DNA of 64,000 nucleotides, taken from positions 7,805,491 through 7,869,490 of the forward strand of contig CM119270.1 of NCBI GenBank assembly GCA_051294375.1, given 5' to 3'. A program made the translations under genes and the position numbers. The stretch's first letter is position 1. Each line of letters begins with the position of its first letter. Shown piece by piece: positions 50,832 to 64,000 of this stretch. The notes below the pieces were generated by a model. The model was not told where the DNA came from. It was given only the letters and a program-made list of their open reading frames with translations, and did no database searches. Source of the DNA: Paraspadella gotoi. Taxonomy: Eukaryota > Animalia > Chaetognatha.

Positions 50832-51337
50832 CCTATTTTTAAAAGTTTAAATTATTCATCATCGCAATATTTTCAAATTTTAATTTCGTCTTTTCCGGCA
50901 GAGAATCTTTGTATAAATGTATACAACTTAGAACAAAATTCTACTCTCGGCTTGATTGTATTTTGTGCGAAAATGTTTACTTCTTTTTTTCTTGTTTTTC
51001 CTCGAGAAAGAAAATGCGAACAAAAGGTCACGCGGGAAAAAAGAGGACCGCGGGTCAGGGACTCTTCTCTCTCTCTTCCTCCCCTCTCATCACTCTCTCT
51101 CTCTCTCTCCCTTATTTCTATCTTCGCCTTTTTAAAAACACAGTAGAATTTATTTAACAAAAAAAACAAAATTGCAAGAGAATATCTAAAAGTAACAATA
51201 CAAAAACAAGACACAAAAGAAACAACCGAAAAAAACCGAAGCCACGCCTCTCCTTCTTAACGAGTCGCCGTTAAAAAAATCCGTCGTCGATGGGGATTCG
51301 AACCCGAGTTAGAATTTCAACTTTTTTTTTCCTCTCC

Positions 51338-52806
51338 GAAAAGTGGAAAAGTGAAAAAGTGAAAAAGTAAAAAGTGAAAAAGAGAAAAGGTGAAAAGAGA
51401 AAAAGTGAAAAAGTGAAGTGGAAAAAGTGGGAAAAGTGAAAAAGTGAAAAAGTGAAAAAGTGAAAAAAATGAAAAAGTGGAAAAGTGGAAAAGTGGAAAA
51501 AGTGGAAAAGTGAAAAAGTGAAAAAGTGGAAAAGTGAAAACGTTGAAAAAGTGAAAAGTGAAAAAGTGAAAAAGTGAAAAGTGAAAAGTGAAAAGTGGAA
51601 AAGTGGAAAAGTGGAAAAGTTTGAAAAAGTGAAAAAGTGAAAAGTGAAAAAGTGGAAAATGAAAAAGTGGAAAAGTGAAAAGGTAGAAAAGTGAAAAATG
51701 TGGAAAAAGTGAAAACGTGAAAAAAGTGAAAAAGTGGAAAAGTTGAAAAAGTGAAAAAGTGGAAAAGTGAAAAAGTGAAAAAGTGGAAAAGTGGAAAAGT
51801 GAAAAAGTGAAAAATGAAAAAGTGAAAAAGTGAAAAAGTGGAAAAGTGAAAAAGTGGAAAATAAAAGGTAGAAAAGTGAAAATGAAAAAGGAAAAAGTGA
51901 AAATGAAAAAGTGGAAAGTGAAAAAAAGTGAAAAGTGAAAAATTGGAAAGTGAAAAAGTGAAAAAAGTGAAAAAGTGAAAAAAGTGGAAAGTGAAAAAGT
52001 GAAAAAGTGGAAAAGTGAAAAAGTGAAAAAGTGAAAAAGTGGAAAAGTGAAAAAGTGAAAAGTGAAAAAGTGAAAAGTGAAAAGTGGAAAAGTGAAAAAA
52101 GTGGGAAAAGTGAAAAGGTGTAGAAAAGTTGAAAAAGTGAAAAAAGTGAAAAGTGAAAAAGTGAAAAGTGGAAAAGTGAAAAAGTGAAAAGTGAAAAAGT
52201 GGAAAAGTGAAAAAGTGAAAAAGTGGAAAAGTGAAAAAGGTGGAAAAGTGGAAAAAGTGAAAAGTGGAAAAGTGAAAAGTGAAAAAGTGGAAAAGTGAAA
52301 AAGTGGAAAAGTGAAAAAAAGTGGAAAAGTGAAAAGGTAGAAAAGTGAAAAAGTGAAAAAAGTGAAAAAGTGAAAAAGTGAAAAAAGTGGAAAAGTGAAA
52401 AAGTGAAAAAGTGGAAAAGTGAAAAAGTGAAAAAGTGGAAAAGTGGGTGAAAAGTGAAAAAGTGAAAAAAGTGAGAAAGTGGTAACAAAGTGAAAAAGTG
52501 AAAAAGTGGAAAAGTGAAAAAGGGGAAAAGGTGAAAAAGGTAGAAAAGTGAAAAAGTGAAAAAGTGAAAAAGTGAAAAAGTGAAAGTGAAAAGTGAAAAA
52601 AGTGGAAAAGTGAAAAAGTGAAAAAGTGAAAAGTGAAAAAGTGGAAAAGTAGAAAAGTGAAAGTGGAAAAGTGGAAAAGTGAAAAGTAGAAAAGTAGAAA
52701 AGTAGAAAAGTGAAAAGTGAAAAAGTGAAAAAGTGGAAAGTGAAAAAGTGAATAAAGTGAAAAAAGTGAAAAAGTGAAAAAAAGTGAAAAAGTGAAAAAG
52801 TGGAAA
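51338..52806 (+). repeat. (GAAAAAGT/GGAAAAGT)n 7-9 bp simple satellite
   Basis: 1.5 kb purine-biased tandem array; source of the 525 and 536 aa F/S/L/H/T pseudo-ORFs. Confidence 0.97.
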
Positions 52807-53337
52807 CGTGGAGCGTTGGAATCCTCTCCCTTCCTCTCGTTGGACTCTCTTTTCCCAAGACCACATAATGACCATCTTCAAGTCCCGCCTTCAAAACTCT
52901 TTTTTCTCAAAAAAAGAAAATGGTCACGATGAAGTCGTATGCGTCGCTTTGTCATCGTTGTCATCGTCCCTCGTCATAATCTCGTTTTCGTTGTCATCAT
53001 TGTCGAGGTTGTCTTTAAAATTCCCAACTCATCTCTTGAGTTGGTCAGTTTGTTCTCTCATCGCAGACATTGACGGTCATACGTCATGGCGTCGTCGTCG
53101 TCATCGTCTCGTCGTCGTCATCTCAATCTTTGCGGACTCTCGTTTTGGACACTCTTCCCTAAAAACTCGTTTCCCTTAATTTGAATAATTCGCATTTTTT
53201 TAGGCAAAAAGTCAACTTTTTTGTGCAGAATCGACTAAGAAAAAGGAAAAGATTTCAATTTTGGCGGGGAAATTAAGAAGAGAAGAAGGAAGAAGAAGAG
53301 ATGATAGAAAGAAGTAAAGTAAGTAAGTAAGTAAGTA

Positions 53338-53369
<32 letters not shown>

Positions 53370-54702
53370 AGAAAAGAAAGAAAGAAGAAAGAAAGAAAGA
53401 AAAGAGAAAGAAAGAAGAAAAAGAAAGAAAGAAATAAAAAAAAAAAAAAAAAGAATGGACAAGATGGATATCAAGAGAATCTCGTAACCACACGAAGAAA
53501 ATACAGTGAAAACGTAAGCCTTAACATTTCAAAAATTGTAAAAAAACAAAAATACACAAAAGAAAAAACTTTCTAAATTTTCCCTCGAAGCAAGAAAGTG
53601 GGGTTTTTTTTTTTTTTTTTTTTTTTGTTTTTTTTTTAAGATCTGTCAATTTTCTATTTTTTACCTCAAATTAGAAAACTCGTTTTTCTTTTGAGGAAAA
53701 AAAAAAAAGAGAATTCTTATTGCAATTTTTATGGGTCTCGGTTTCCCTTGACGTCGCTTACGTCTATTCGTGCGGCCGACGAAGAAAGACGACGACCGAC
53801 GACGACGACGACGACGACGACGAAGAGCGAATACGATTGCGATGAATACGAAGGATAGACGTGGGATTGATGACAATGAGGACGCGAATATGAAGAGACG
53901 ACGACGATTGGAGACGACATAAGTTGACAATGATGACGATGCAAAGGGAAAGACGAAGAGACCGACGACAATTACGACTAGATGACGTTGAAGACGCCGA
54001 CAACAAAGATGATGACAGCATGACGACGAAGACGACGACGATTAAGGACGATGAGGATGAAGAAGGCAAGGATGAGGACCGACAAACGCGACACAATGAC
54101 GCACGACGACTTGGAGGGCCGACGGTGGGATGATGTTCATTACGCAAAAAACCGCTCTTATTTCATTACCTTAGAAGGGAAGGCGCAAAAACGACGGGAG
54201 AGAGGAGAGAGAGAAGAAAGAGAGAGGAGAGAGAGAGAAGCATGACGAGGACGAGGAGAGAGAAGGAGAGAGAGAGGAGACAAAGATGAGAGAAGAGGAG
54301 AGACGAGAGAGAGAGAACGAGCACCAAAAATTCTTTTAGAGAACTGATACAATGGACTGAAAAAAATTTATTAAAAAAACTAACGTATAATTGTAATATC
54401 GAATTTTCTTTTTTAATAATATTTATAACAAAAGAAACGGGCAAATTAAATATTGAGTGCCCAAAGATGCTGAAACAAGACACAAATTCGATTAAGTGTG
54501 AAAATTAAAACTCGTCCAAAAAATCGTCGTCTTAACTCTTCTCGCAAATTTAACTACCTTACAAACTCGACGCCTCCCGACTTCACCGACCCGGCCGTCG
54601 AACCCGCCCCCATTCTCAGGAAATCGGCGACCTAATTGACAGAAGAAAATCTGCTTGCCGAAATTTCCGTCATGGTTCTCTCAGAGCTCATGACTTCACA
54701 AT

Positions 54703-54755
<53 letters not shown>

Positions 54756-54914
54756 GAGAGAGAGATGAAGAGAGACGCTGGAACACTTCTTTTCTTTCCC
54801 AGGTGCACTTGGGCCATTTTTTTAAAACGGTTTTTTTTTTTATAAAACGAGAAAAAAAGAAAAGGATTAGTTTTTGAAATTCCGAGAGATTAAGGGAAGG
54901 CGGATTTTGAAGGG

Positions 54915-54950
<36 letters not shown>

Positions 54951-57004
54951 GAGAGAGATGAGAGAGAAGAGAGATGACGAGAGAGAGGAGAGAGAGAACG
55001 AGAGAAGAGACGATTGAGTGAGAGAGAGAGACATCTAGCGTTGAAGAAGACATCAACTCGCTCGCTTGGGGAAAAGGGCGGGGAAAGAAGGGGGCCGGGA
55101 GCGAAACCTCATAAACACTTTGAAACTCTTCAACTATGAACTCATTTTCTGCTTTTTTTTCTCTTTTTTTTTTCGTCTTTGCCTTTTTTTTTTTTTTTCT
55201 TTCGGGCTTTCTTTCTTTCTTTCTTTCCTTTATTTTTCTTCTTTCTTTCTTTCTGATTTTTCTTTTTCTTTCTTTCTTTTTTTATGAGGCTCCATCTAGC
55301 AAAAATACAAAAAATAGATAAAGTAGCAGATCTTTAATATAATATACTTACATTTTATTTCATTGCATAGATTTTTATTTCTTCATATTTTTGATACCGG
55401 GGAAAGCACCAAAAAAGCCTTCACATTATGGTCATTTATTTTTTCCGATAGATAAAAGAGTTATATCATAATTGACATGTTGGAAACAATTGTTTATTGG
55501 AAATATCGTTTAACTATTCGTTTAATATTCGTAAGAGTAATGTATAACTCTTAAACAAAAGGTGAGAATTGTGTCACCTTCCAGATTTCTTTCCTTTTCA
55601 TAGCGATGTTTTAATAAATTAAGACCTAAACTTTAAACTCATCTTTCTTCAGTCCAAACAAGTCTGTCAATTTCAATCCTGATATCTTATCCTGATATCT
55701 ATCCGGTCCTATCTTCACAAACGTGCTCCGCTGATGAGATTGGACTCCGGATGGGTGGCGCTAATCGACTGTGGCGGAACTTCATGCAGGAAAAAAAAAG
55801 GAAAATAAAGAGAAGAGGAAAAGGAGGAAAGAAAAAGAGAGAAAATTGAGAAGAGGAGAGAAAAAACCCGCATTAAACAGGGAAATATGCAAATTAGTTT
55901 TCGAAAACCCCTCGACTCCGCTCAGAGTGCGGCCGAGAGTTTCAGGCAGGGCTTTTTATAAAAAAAAAAAAAAAAAAAAAGAGAAAGAAAGTGTTGAGAG
56001 AAAAAAAAGAGAAGGAAAGCAGAGAAGAAAGAGAGAGAGAAAGAAAGAAAGAAAGATGAATGAAATGCATTGGGGAAATGAATGTCAGTAGTCTGTCTGT
56101 CTGTTCTGCCTACTCTTACTCTCTCTGTTTCTTTCTCTCTCTCACTTCTCTCTTCTCTTTCTCTCTCTCTCTCTCTCTTCTCATCTCGCCTCTCTCTCTC
56201 CTCTCTCTCTCGTCTCTCACGCTGGTCATCATCGTGATGCAAATTAATTTCGCGAAGATGGCGGGAATCGTTTTCACCGGAAATTCTGAGTAAAAAAAAA
56301 AGAAGCTTAATTTTTGTTAAACTGGATGGCGACTGGAGAGGAAGATAAGGGAAGGAAAGAAGAGAGGAAAAAAGGATAGACAGAGAAAAGAAAAGTAAGG
56401 AAAGAGGACATAATAATATATAAGAAAAAAGATTAAATGATGATTGTTAACAAATTGAAATGGGGAACTTTCAGGTTAAGAACAAAAATTAAATTAACAA
56501 AATAAGAGGAGAAAATGGAAAGGAGTATTGCGAAAGGAAAGAAAAGAAAGAAAGAAAGAAAAGAAAGAAAGAAAGAAATAAGAAAAAGAAAGAAAGAAAG
56601 AAAGAAAGACAAGATGAAGAAAAAAGAAAGAAAGAAATTGCGTGAAAGGTGGATCCTTCCTCCGGTGAAATAGGTCTGTCTCCTTTTGCAAATTGTTTTG
56701 AATTTTTTTTTTCAAGTGATGCAAGTTAAAAATTAGGGAAAGGAAAAGGAAAAGGGGAAAAGAAAAAGAAAAAGGAAGAGGAGAGAGAAAATGAGGGTTT
56801 TTTTGAAGCAGGAGTTAATCATATGTAATGTAGTCAAGATATTGTGGGATATGAAAGATAGCGAATAAGAATTATGATCCGTTCAAATGTTACAAAAACA
56901 GGTAGTTGAGTACTTTGCTGTTAGAGGAGCAGAAAAAGAAAAGTCATTATGAAAATCGTTTCACAACACCTTTATTGACCAGTAAGTATCGGATTTCTCG
57001 TTCT

Positions 57005-57059
<55 letters not shown>

Positions 57060-58369
57060 CTCTCTCTCTCTTCTCTCTCTCCAGGCTTGAACCGCTAAAG
57101 AGAGCGAGAGAGAGAAGGCGACGAGAGCGAGAACAAGAAGCGAAGAGGTTTTTGTGCCTCGCTCCTCTGCTTCCCTACTGCCTTTTTAAATGAATTTAAT
57201 GGCTTGCGGGGGATGATTTTTAGAAAATTAGGCCTGGGCATTCGGAAATGAGATTTGTGTTAGGTGAGTGCAGAGAGAGAGAGGAGAGAGAGAGATAGAG
57301 AGAGAGAGAGATGATGAAGGAGACGAGAGAGAGAGAGAGAGAGAGAAGAGAACGAGTTTGTATGCAAACAATCTTTACCAATCTTAGCCCATGGGCGGTG
57401 AGGGGGTGGGCGCGTTGAGATAACGGCGGTGAAAGATGGGAACTAAGTGAAGTAAGGGGTTGGGAGGTGAAAGGGGTGAAAATGTGAAAGCGGGAGGGTG
57501 AACCCGTAAGAGTAAGATTACGCGGGGCGGGAAAACTCAACTTTTCTTAAAAAAAAAGATTTTTCACGAGAGAGAAACGAGATGGTGAACATAGTGGAGG
57601 CGCGGAGCACTGTGCGCGGATCTGCCACTGTGCCGGATGGCACTCGATGCGCGGACCACTATGCTATTAGGGAATTGCGGTGAGCGTTGACAAAAGAACG
57701 ACGGCTTTTGTATTATGTCAAGTCTTTTATTTCTTTTTGAACTTGTTTTTTTAAATGTTAAGGATCTTATTGGAATAAAGAAGGTCAAATAAAATTTAAT
57801 TGAATTGCTATTTCTAATCCTCACTGTTGATAAATCAAAGTTTAGGTTTAATTCAATTAATTTTAATTTTAAACTGAACATGAAATTATTCTGTCATTAT
57901 TATATGCTCACATGCCATTAGTTTAGATTTCAGACAATGAAAATTAGGTTAATTAATTGAGAAAAAAAGTTTAGTTTACGAAACAATTTTTGTGTGATTC
58001 GGAAGTCATTAATTTGTTAACCCAAGGTTAAATTGAAAAAAATTTACAATTAATAATAATTAGATTATTTAGTTATGAGTTATTACCTACTCGCTTTTAC
58101 TTCAATAATTAATTATCATCAGTAGAAAAACAGCTCTAATAATTGAGTATGTTATCTGCCAGTTTATAGTTTCAGCACTTTTATGAAAACAAGTTGAAAA
58201 TTCTATTATTGAACTACTTTTTTGAAGCCGTAAAAGTTATGCGGAAGCTTCGAATTTTTTCTGATCTTTTGTTCATATTAAAGAAAACGAGGCACCCAAG
58301 CAACAGCGACAGGTCACAAAGAAGTTTGTTTGAACCAAATGCTAGGAGATTTTCCGAGGGAAACAAAAG

Positions 58370-58462
58370 ATTAGCCTTTAGCTGAAACGGTTAAGAAGTA
58401 TAATTAGATTTAAACTTAGAGAGATAAATCGATAATTAAATAGATAGATGAATAGATAACTG

Positions 58463-58493
<31 letters not shown>

Positions 58494-58904
58494 AGATAGA
58501 TAGATACGATAGATAGATTAGATAGATAGATAGATAAGATTAGATAGATAGATAGATAAATTAGCCGTTCAGCTGAAACGGTTAAGATATAATTAGAATT
58601 TATACTTAGAGAGATAAAATCGATAATTAAATAAGATAGATGAATAGATAACTGATAGATAGATCGATAGATAGAAGATTAGATAGATAGATAGATAGAT
58701 AGATAGGATAGGATTAGAATAGATAGATTAGATAGATAAATTAGCCTTCTCAGCTGAAACGTTTTAAGAATATAATTTAGAATTTAACTTAAGAGATAAA
58801 TCGATTAATAAATTAGATAGCATGAATAGATAACTGGATAGATAGATCGATAGATAGATAGATAGATAGATTTAGACTGATAGCATTTAGATAGAAATAG
58901 ATAG

Positions 58905-58935
<31 letters not shown>

Positions 58936-59030
58936 CATAGAAGATAGATCAATAGAAGATAGATGATAGATAGATAGATAGATAGAAGATAGACTAGATA
59001 GATAGATGAATAGATTGATAAATAGGATAA
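58370..59030 (+). repeat. Composite tandem repeat: three ~185-bp units, each a unique head plus (GATA)n
   Basis: Head ttagcc..agctgaaacg..gagataaatcgataatt at ~58371, 58561 and 58741. Confidence 0.9.
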
Positions 59031-59213
59031 CGATACAAATTTTAACTAGTATGTTATGCAGTAACTGAATTTATTAATAAAGATTTCAATAATTAAATGC
59101 TAACAAAATGCATTATTTTAAAAACAACAGCAACATTTTTTCAGCCGCAACCCGCAACTGAAAACTCGCAAACAAAATTGAGTTTTTTTTTTAATTATCC
59201 ATCGACGCTCCTC

Positions 59214-59252
<39 letters not shown>

Positions 59253-59275
59253 TCTCTTCTCTCTCTCTCTCTCTC

Positions 59276-59279
<4 letters not shown>

Positions 59280-59308
<29 letters not shown>

Positions 59309-59843
59309 CCGGTGGGCATTGGACGTGATTGATGACGGGATGAGATTGCGTTTGCGCCTTCGACTCTCGTGTGGGGGAGCGCCTACTCTCCCAGAGTGAG
59401 AACGAGAGACAGTCACAGAGAGAGAGGGAGAAAAATAGAAGAAAAACAGAATCTCAACTAAAGAAAAATATTAGTTTTGTCATTTTTAAATTTTATATTA
59501 TTGTCAATAAACCCTCATTTCAAATCGTTAAAAGATGACAAAAATAAGATGACTTTGACGACAGATACGATGATAGAAATGACATATTTCTTCTTCTCTT
59601 TTCTTTTCCCGCGACATTCGAGGTCATCTACTCATCTCTTTTCTTGTCATAATCAATCCCCTAAGTGTCATTTTTTTGCCAGTTTCAATGACAAACGATT
59701 TGTTGTTTTGTCAGTTCCAACCCAAGGACTTTCTTTTTGCTTTTTTTTCTGTTTTCTTCCTCAGTGCCCGGACTGCTTGTAATTTTATTACACACTACAA
59801 ACGTGTGTAAACTTTATATATTATTCCGATATACGTACCATAT
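59280..59843 (+). repeat. Direct duplicate of 47780-48333
   Basis: Near-identical sequence with small indels. Confidence 0.93.
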
Positions 59844-62598
59844 ACTCATAAATCTTAATATGATTTAAAAAATTAACACATATTCCTTTTACCCAACCCT
59901 TACCCACCCTGATCCCTTTCCTGTCTGACCAGATCCGTTCCATGTCGCCTTTGATTCCAAGTCTCTTCTTATTTCCGCCGACCGACCGACCGACCTTTGC
60001 TTTGCTTCGCTCTGTGAGTCCGACCGCCGGTTCACAGAGTCACAGACTGTGAAAGGATCAAATCGACCTTGGCTGCGAGGGATCTCACTTTCAGTCTGCC
60101 GCTGCTCTCTCTCTNNNNNNNNNNNNNNNNNNNNNNNNNNNNNNNNNNNNNNNNNNNNNNNNNNNNNNNNNNNNNNNNNNNNNNNNNNNNNNNNNNNNNN
60201 NNNNNNNNNNNNNNNNNNNNNNNNNNNNNNNNNNNNNNNNNNNNNNNNNNNNNNNNNNNNNNNNNNNNNNNNNNNNNNNNNNNNNNNNNNNNNNNNNNNN
60301 NNNNNNNNNNNNAAAGAAAGAGCTAACGGGCGAGGAACAAGAAAAGGTTGAGACCTGGCTCTTCCTCCCGACCCCATCCTTTCCAATTAAATTCCATTAA
60401 GTCTTCCGTCGGTTTCAGGTGAAAACGACCGACGACGTTGAAAAAATTCGCTACTTTTTTTGTCGCCGCTAATTTGTCTTTGTTTCGACATTAAAACAAC
60501 GAAAAAAACAAAGAACTAAGACAACAACACAAATATTCCGTCACAACACTGAGTTGATTACCCGGAGTAATCACCCCATAATGCAAATTCTCTACGTCGG
60601 AGNNNNNNNNNNNNNNNNNNNNNNNNNNNNNNNNNNNNNNNNNNNNNNNNNNNNNNNNNNNNNNNNNNNNNNNNNNNNNNNNNNNNNNNNNNNNNNNNNN
60701 NNNNNNNNNNNNNNNNNNNNNNNNNNNNNNNNNNNNNNNNNNNNNNNNNNNNNNNNNNNNNNNNNNNNNNNNNNNNNNNNNNNNNNNNNNNNNNNNNNNN
60801 NNNNNNNNNNNNNNNNNTTTTTCAATAGTTGTTGTTAAGTACTTTTTGGTGCATACGCTTCAGCGTTTAAAGTTTAAAGTTTAAAGTTTAAAGTTTACAC
60901 GTTAATTTTCTCTCGGTGCGCCCTTTCGTCAATCTTGCATCCTTGCAAATAATGACGATGTCGTGAAAGAAACGAGCTATGGAATGCTCGGGAAGAAGAG
61001 AGAAACATGGTGCTCACTTTGTCTAATGATCTGAAAACCCTGATGATGGATGAGGGAGGAAAGGAAAGAATAAAAGAGTAAAAAAAAATAGAAAAAAAAA
61101 GACAGAAATGACGAAGATGGAAAGATAACGGACGCACTGATCGTCTGTCACGTCGAATCAAAAAATCTCGAGGTCGAGAAAATGTAAAAAAAGATTATAC
61201 CTGATTTATTTCGTTTGAACAGATATAAATTGTCATTATGTTTAATGTATCTTTTTTAAATCAGATGTAAATGTTCTAATTTATTGCGATTATAACATAG
61301 CAGCAGCAGAAAAAAAGTATAGTTTAAATTTCAACATCGTTGCACTCTTTAAATCCGCGGGTAAAACAAATTAAATAAAGAGCGCAACCCTTCGCTATCG
61401 CTAAAACGCGTGGGTCAAATCTTGCGGAATGCTTTGAATGTGTGCTCAGTCTTTGATAGACCACTCAGCCTTTGATAGAGGCCACAGGCTTTGATGACGC
61501 ACTCAGCCTTCATTATTCTCAAGAACTAAACAACAAAAAACTAAGAACCATAAAGAATTTTTTTCCCCTCCCAGTCCTTGTTCGCTCGAGAGAGTTTACT
61601 TAAGGAAACGTCGTCCCGCCAATGATTTTTACGATCTTTCTCTAAGAAATCCTCTCATTTCTTAGAAATGAATGAAGAGGAAAACAGGGAAGGACTCCGC
61701 CCTTCTTCCCTCAGTTTTTCTCGCCTTCTCGTCCTTGTCCCGGTTTCGTGGCGCCCTCTTCCCTTTCCTTCTTTCTTTCCCTCTATTTTTCTATCTTCTA
61801 TCTTCTACCTTCTATATTTCTTTTCATTCATTACTAATTGATATGTTTACCTATGACTTCTTACCATTTAGTTCTCTGTTTAAAAATCTTGGCAGATTGT
61901 CCTGAGACGCGCATATTTTCCCTCTCTCTATTTCCTCTAATCCTTTAAGTTCAAAGCTCAACGCAATCGTCTCACCTGTTTTCGTTTCACATCTTCACCT
62001 GTTCTGTCTTTTGTCAGAGCTGCTTACAATCAAAAGCCAGCCGTTCCTTTAGCCTTAAGTTTAGTGATTACCCGACGTTTTTTTGTGTGCTTGAATCTNN
62101 NNNNNNNNNNNNNNNNNNNNNNNNNNNNNNNNNNNNNNNNNNNNNNNNNNNNNNNNNNNNNNNNNNNNNNNNNNNNNNNNNNNNNNNNNNNNNNNNNNNN
62201 NNNNNNNNNNNNNNNNNNNNNNNNNNNNNNNNNNNNNNNNNNNNNNNNNNNNNNNNNNNNNNNNNNNNNNNNNNNNNNNNNNNNNNNNNNNNNNNNNNNN
62301 NNNNNNNNNNNNNNNNNNNNNNNNNNNNNNNNNNNNNNNNNNNNNNNNNNNNNNNNNNNNNNNNNNNNNNNNNNNNNNNNNNNNNNNNNNNNNNNNNNNN
62401 NNNNNNNNNNNNNNNNNNNNNNNNNNNNNNNNNNNNNNNNNNNNNNNNNNNNNNNNNNNNNNNNNNNNNNNNNNNNNNNNNNNNNNNNNNNNNNNNNNNN
62501 NNNNNNNNNNNNNNNNNNNNNNNNNNNNNNNNNNNNNNNNNNNNNNNNNNNNNNNNNNNNNNNNNNNNNNNNNNNNNNNNNNNNNNNNNNNNNNNNNN

Positions 62599-62629
<31 letters not shown>

Positions 62630-63024
62630 ATTTTTCTACCCGTTAACTCGTCGACAGGTGCCATCATTTTCGTCAATAAGAAAGACAAACGAGGATGCGA
62701 AAACGCTTATGCAGATGCAAACCTCGTCGATTCAGGTGCAAAAGCTTCTTCTTTAAGGCCGATGCAATTTCATGACAGATGATTTCATGAAAAGAATATA
62801 AAATGCTGACGCAGTTAACTTTCCNNNNNNNNNNNNNNNNNNNNNNNNNNNNNNNNNNNNNNNNNNNNNNNNNNNNNNNNNNNNNNNNNNNNNNNNNNNN
62901 NNNNNNNNNNNNNNNNNNNNNNNNNNNNNNNNNNNNNNNNNNNNNNNNNNNNNNNNNNNNNNNNNNNNNNNNNNNNNNNNNNNNNNNNNNNNNNNNNNNN
63001 NNNNNNNNNNNNNNNNNNNNNNTT

Positions 63025-63225
63025 GACGCAGGATAAAAAAGACCATCGATGAGGAAAAATTACTTTTATGACATAAGATGCTGGATAAAGACTTCCGATC
63101 AAGAGTAGCACTCTTTTCCGACGAGGAGCCATTTAACTGCAAGAGAATATTAAAAAGAAAACAACATGACACTTTTAGAAATGAGTACAAGACGAAAAAT
63201 ATATTTCTTAAATATTGGATTTGAT
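63025..63225 (+). pseudogene. Possible decayed Tc1/mariner transposase fragment
   Basis: Translation ..FRSRVALFSDEEPFNCKR.. resembles the V.FSDE..F first catalytic-Asp motif; stops are present and it adjoins an N gap. Confidence 0.3.
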
Positions 63226-63485
63226 CGGACCTGGGGCTAAAGACAACTGCAAGAGACAACTAACTGTAATAGATAACCAACTGCAAGAGGTAACTATGGC
63301 GCAAATTTCAACAGGCGAAAACGATGCCCTCTAGCGAGGATCTGCTCTTCAGGCGAGAAGGCAAGACTCTTCTCAGGTGCAATGTCTCGTTCTCTTTTTC
63401 GCGCTCAAATCGAAACGGAGTCTGGAGAAGAAGAAGAGGAAGAAGAAAAATCGAAATGACTGTTTTTCTTTTTCTCTTTCTTTTC

Positions 63486-63883
63486 TTTTTAGTTGCGCCG
63501 CGAGTACTCGCGGAGCAACTCTATAAGTCACTTTTAGGTCGGTCTGTCCGTCGTTCGGTTCTTCGGTCGGTCGGTCAGTCCGTCGGTCTGTCCCACTTAT
63601 GTTAAAAATGCTCATAACTTGCATATAGTTGTTTGCTCGATGCTTATTGGTTAATAAGGGAAAATCCTCAAATTTAAGTGACTACTAGCGCCCCTTCACG
63701 AAATCCTAAATTATAAATAAACAAAAGACAAAATTCCGATGCAGTGCGTGGGCTAAGAAAGTTATTGTAGTCATGTTGTCATGTCATGCCATGTCAGTTT
63801 ATGTATGGTCACGAAAAATACACATGATAAGGTAGTCACTGCGGCGCAACATATTTGAATTTCCGTTCTAGTTCTTTTTTTTT
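63486..63883 (+). mobile_element. Helentron-associated interspersed element (HINE/DINE-1-like)
   Basis: T-run, 5' subTIR TAGTTGCGCCGC within the hairpin AGTTGC-G-CCGCGAG-TA-CTCGCGG-A-GCAACT, (GTCG/GTCC)n microsatellite, inverted 3' subTIR GCGGCGCAAC(A)TA at 63841, T-rich end. Confidence 0.75.
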
Positions 63884-64000
63884 CTGTCGTCGCTCGCGGG
63901 ACAAAAAGCCAAGCCGAAGGCTAAGAAGGAAGAGAACGGGACTAAAATTGGCCGCGAATAAGAAAGGAAAGGAAAGGAAAGGAAAGTAAATGAATGGAAT

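Noticed and set aside
51275-51310. B-box-like GGTTCGAATCC on the minus strand followed by a T-run
   Set aside because: No A box or cloverleaf; at most a SINE remnant.
51271-52894. 536 and 525 aa minus-strand ORFs
   Set aside because: Translations of a stop-free simple satellite; no coding signal.
55727-55780. CTGATGA followed by a GATT/AATC stem, resembling a hammerhead
   Set aside because: Lacks GAAA and the stem III/UH cleavage triplet.
58370-59030. Repeat-spacer-like array
   Set aside because: The 'spacers' are (GATA)n microsatellite; an ordinary composite tandem repeat.

Overview
This is eukaryotic (invertebrate-type animal) genomic DNA: AT-rich, dense in (GA)n/(CT)n microsatellites, with many N gaps and probable indel errors. 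Almost all ORFs in the supplied track are microsatellite or gap artefacts. The first 23 kb holds the 3' part of a spliced + strand multi-PDZ scaffold gene (MPDZ/PATJ/InaD family; nine exons reconstructed, one with a probable GC-AG intron). A complete three-exon secreted C-type lectin gene is nested antisense in one of its introns. The 12.5-kb intron (2044-14498) is a nest of mobile DNA. It includes a decayed Penelope-like (GIY-YIG) fragment between ~550-bp inverted repeats, four minimal hammerhead-ribozyme motifs, a TA-flanked TIR pair, Helentron-type (HINE) pieces and an LTR-like remnant. From 23 to 64 kb there is no recognisable protein gene. That region holds satellites, duplicated segments, a highly base-paired ~230-nt GC-rich island, and recurrent promoter-like motif clusters.
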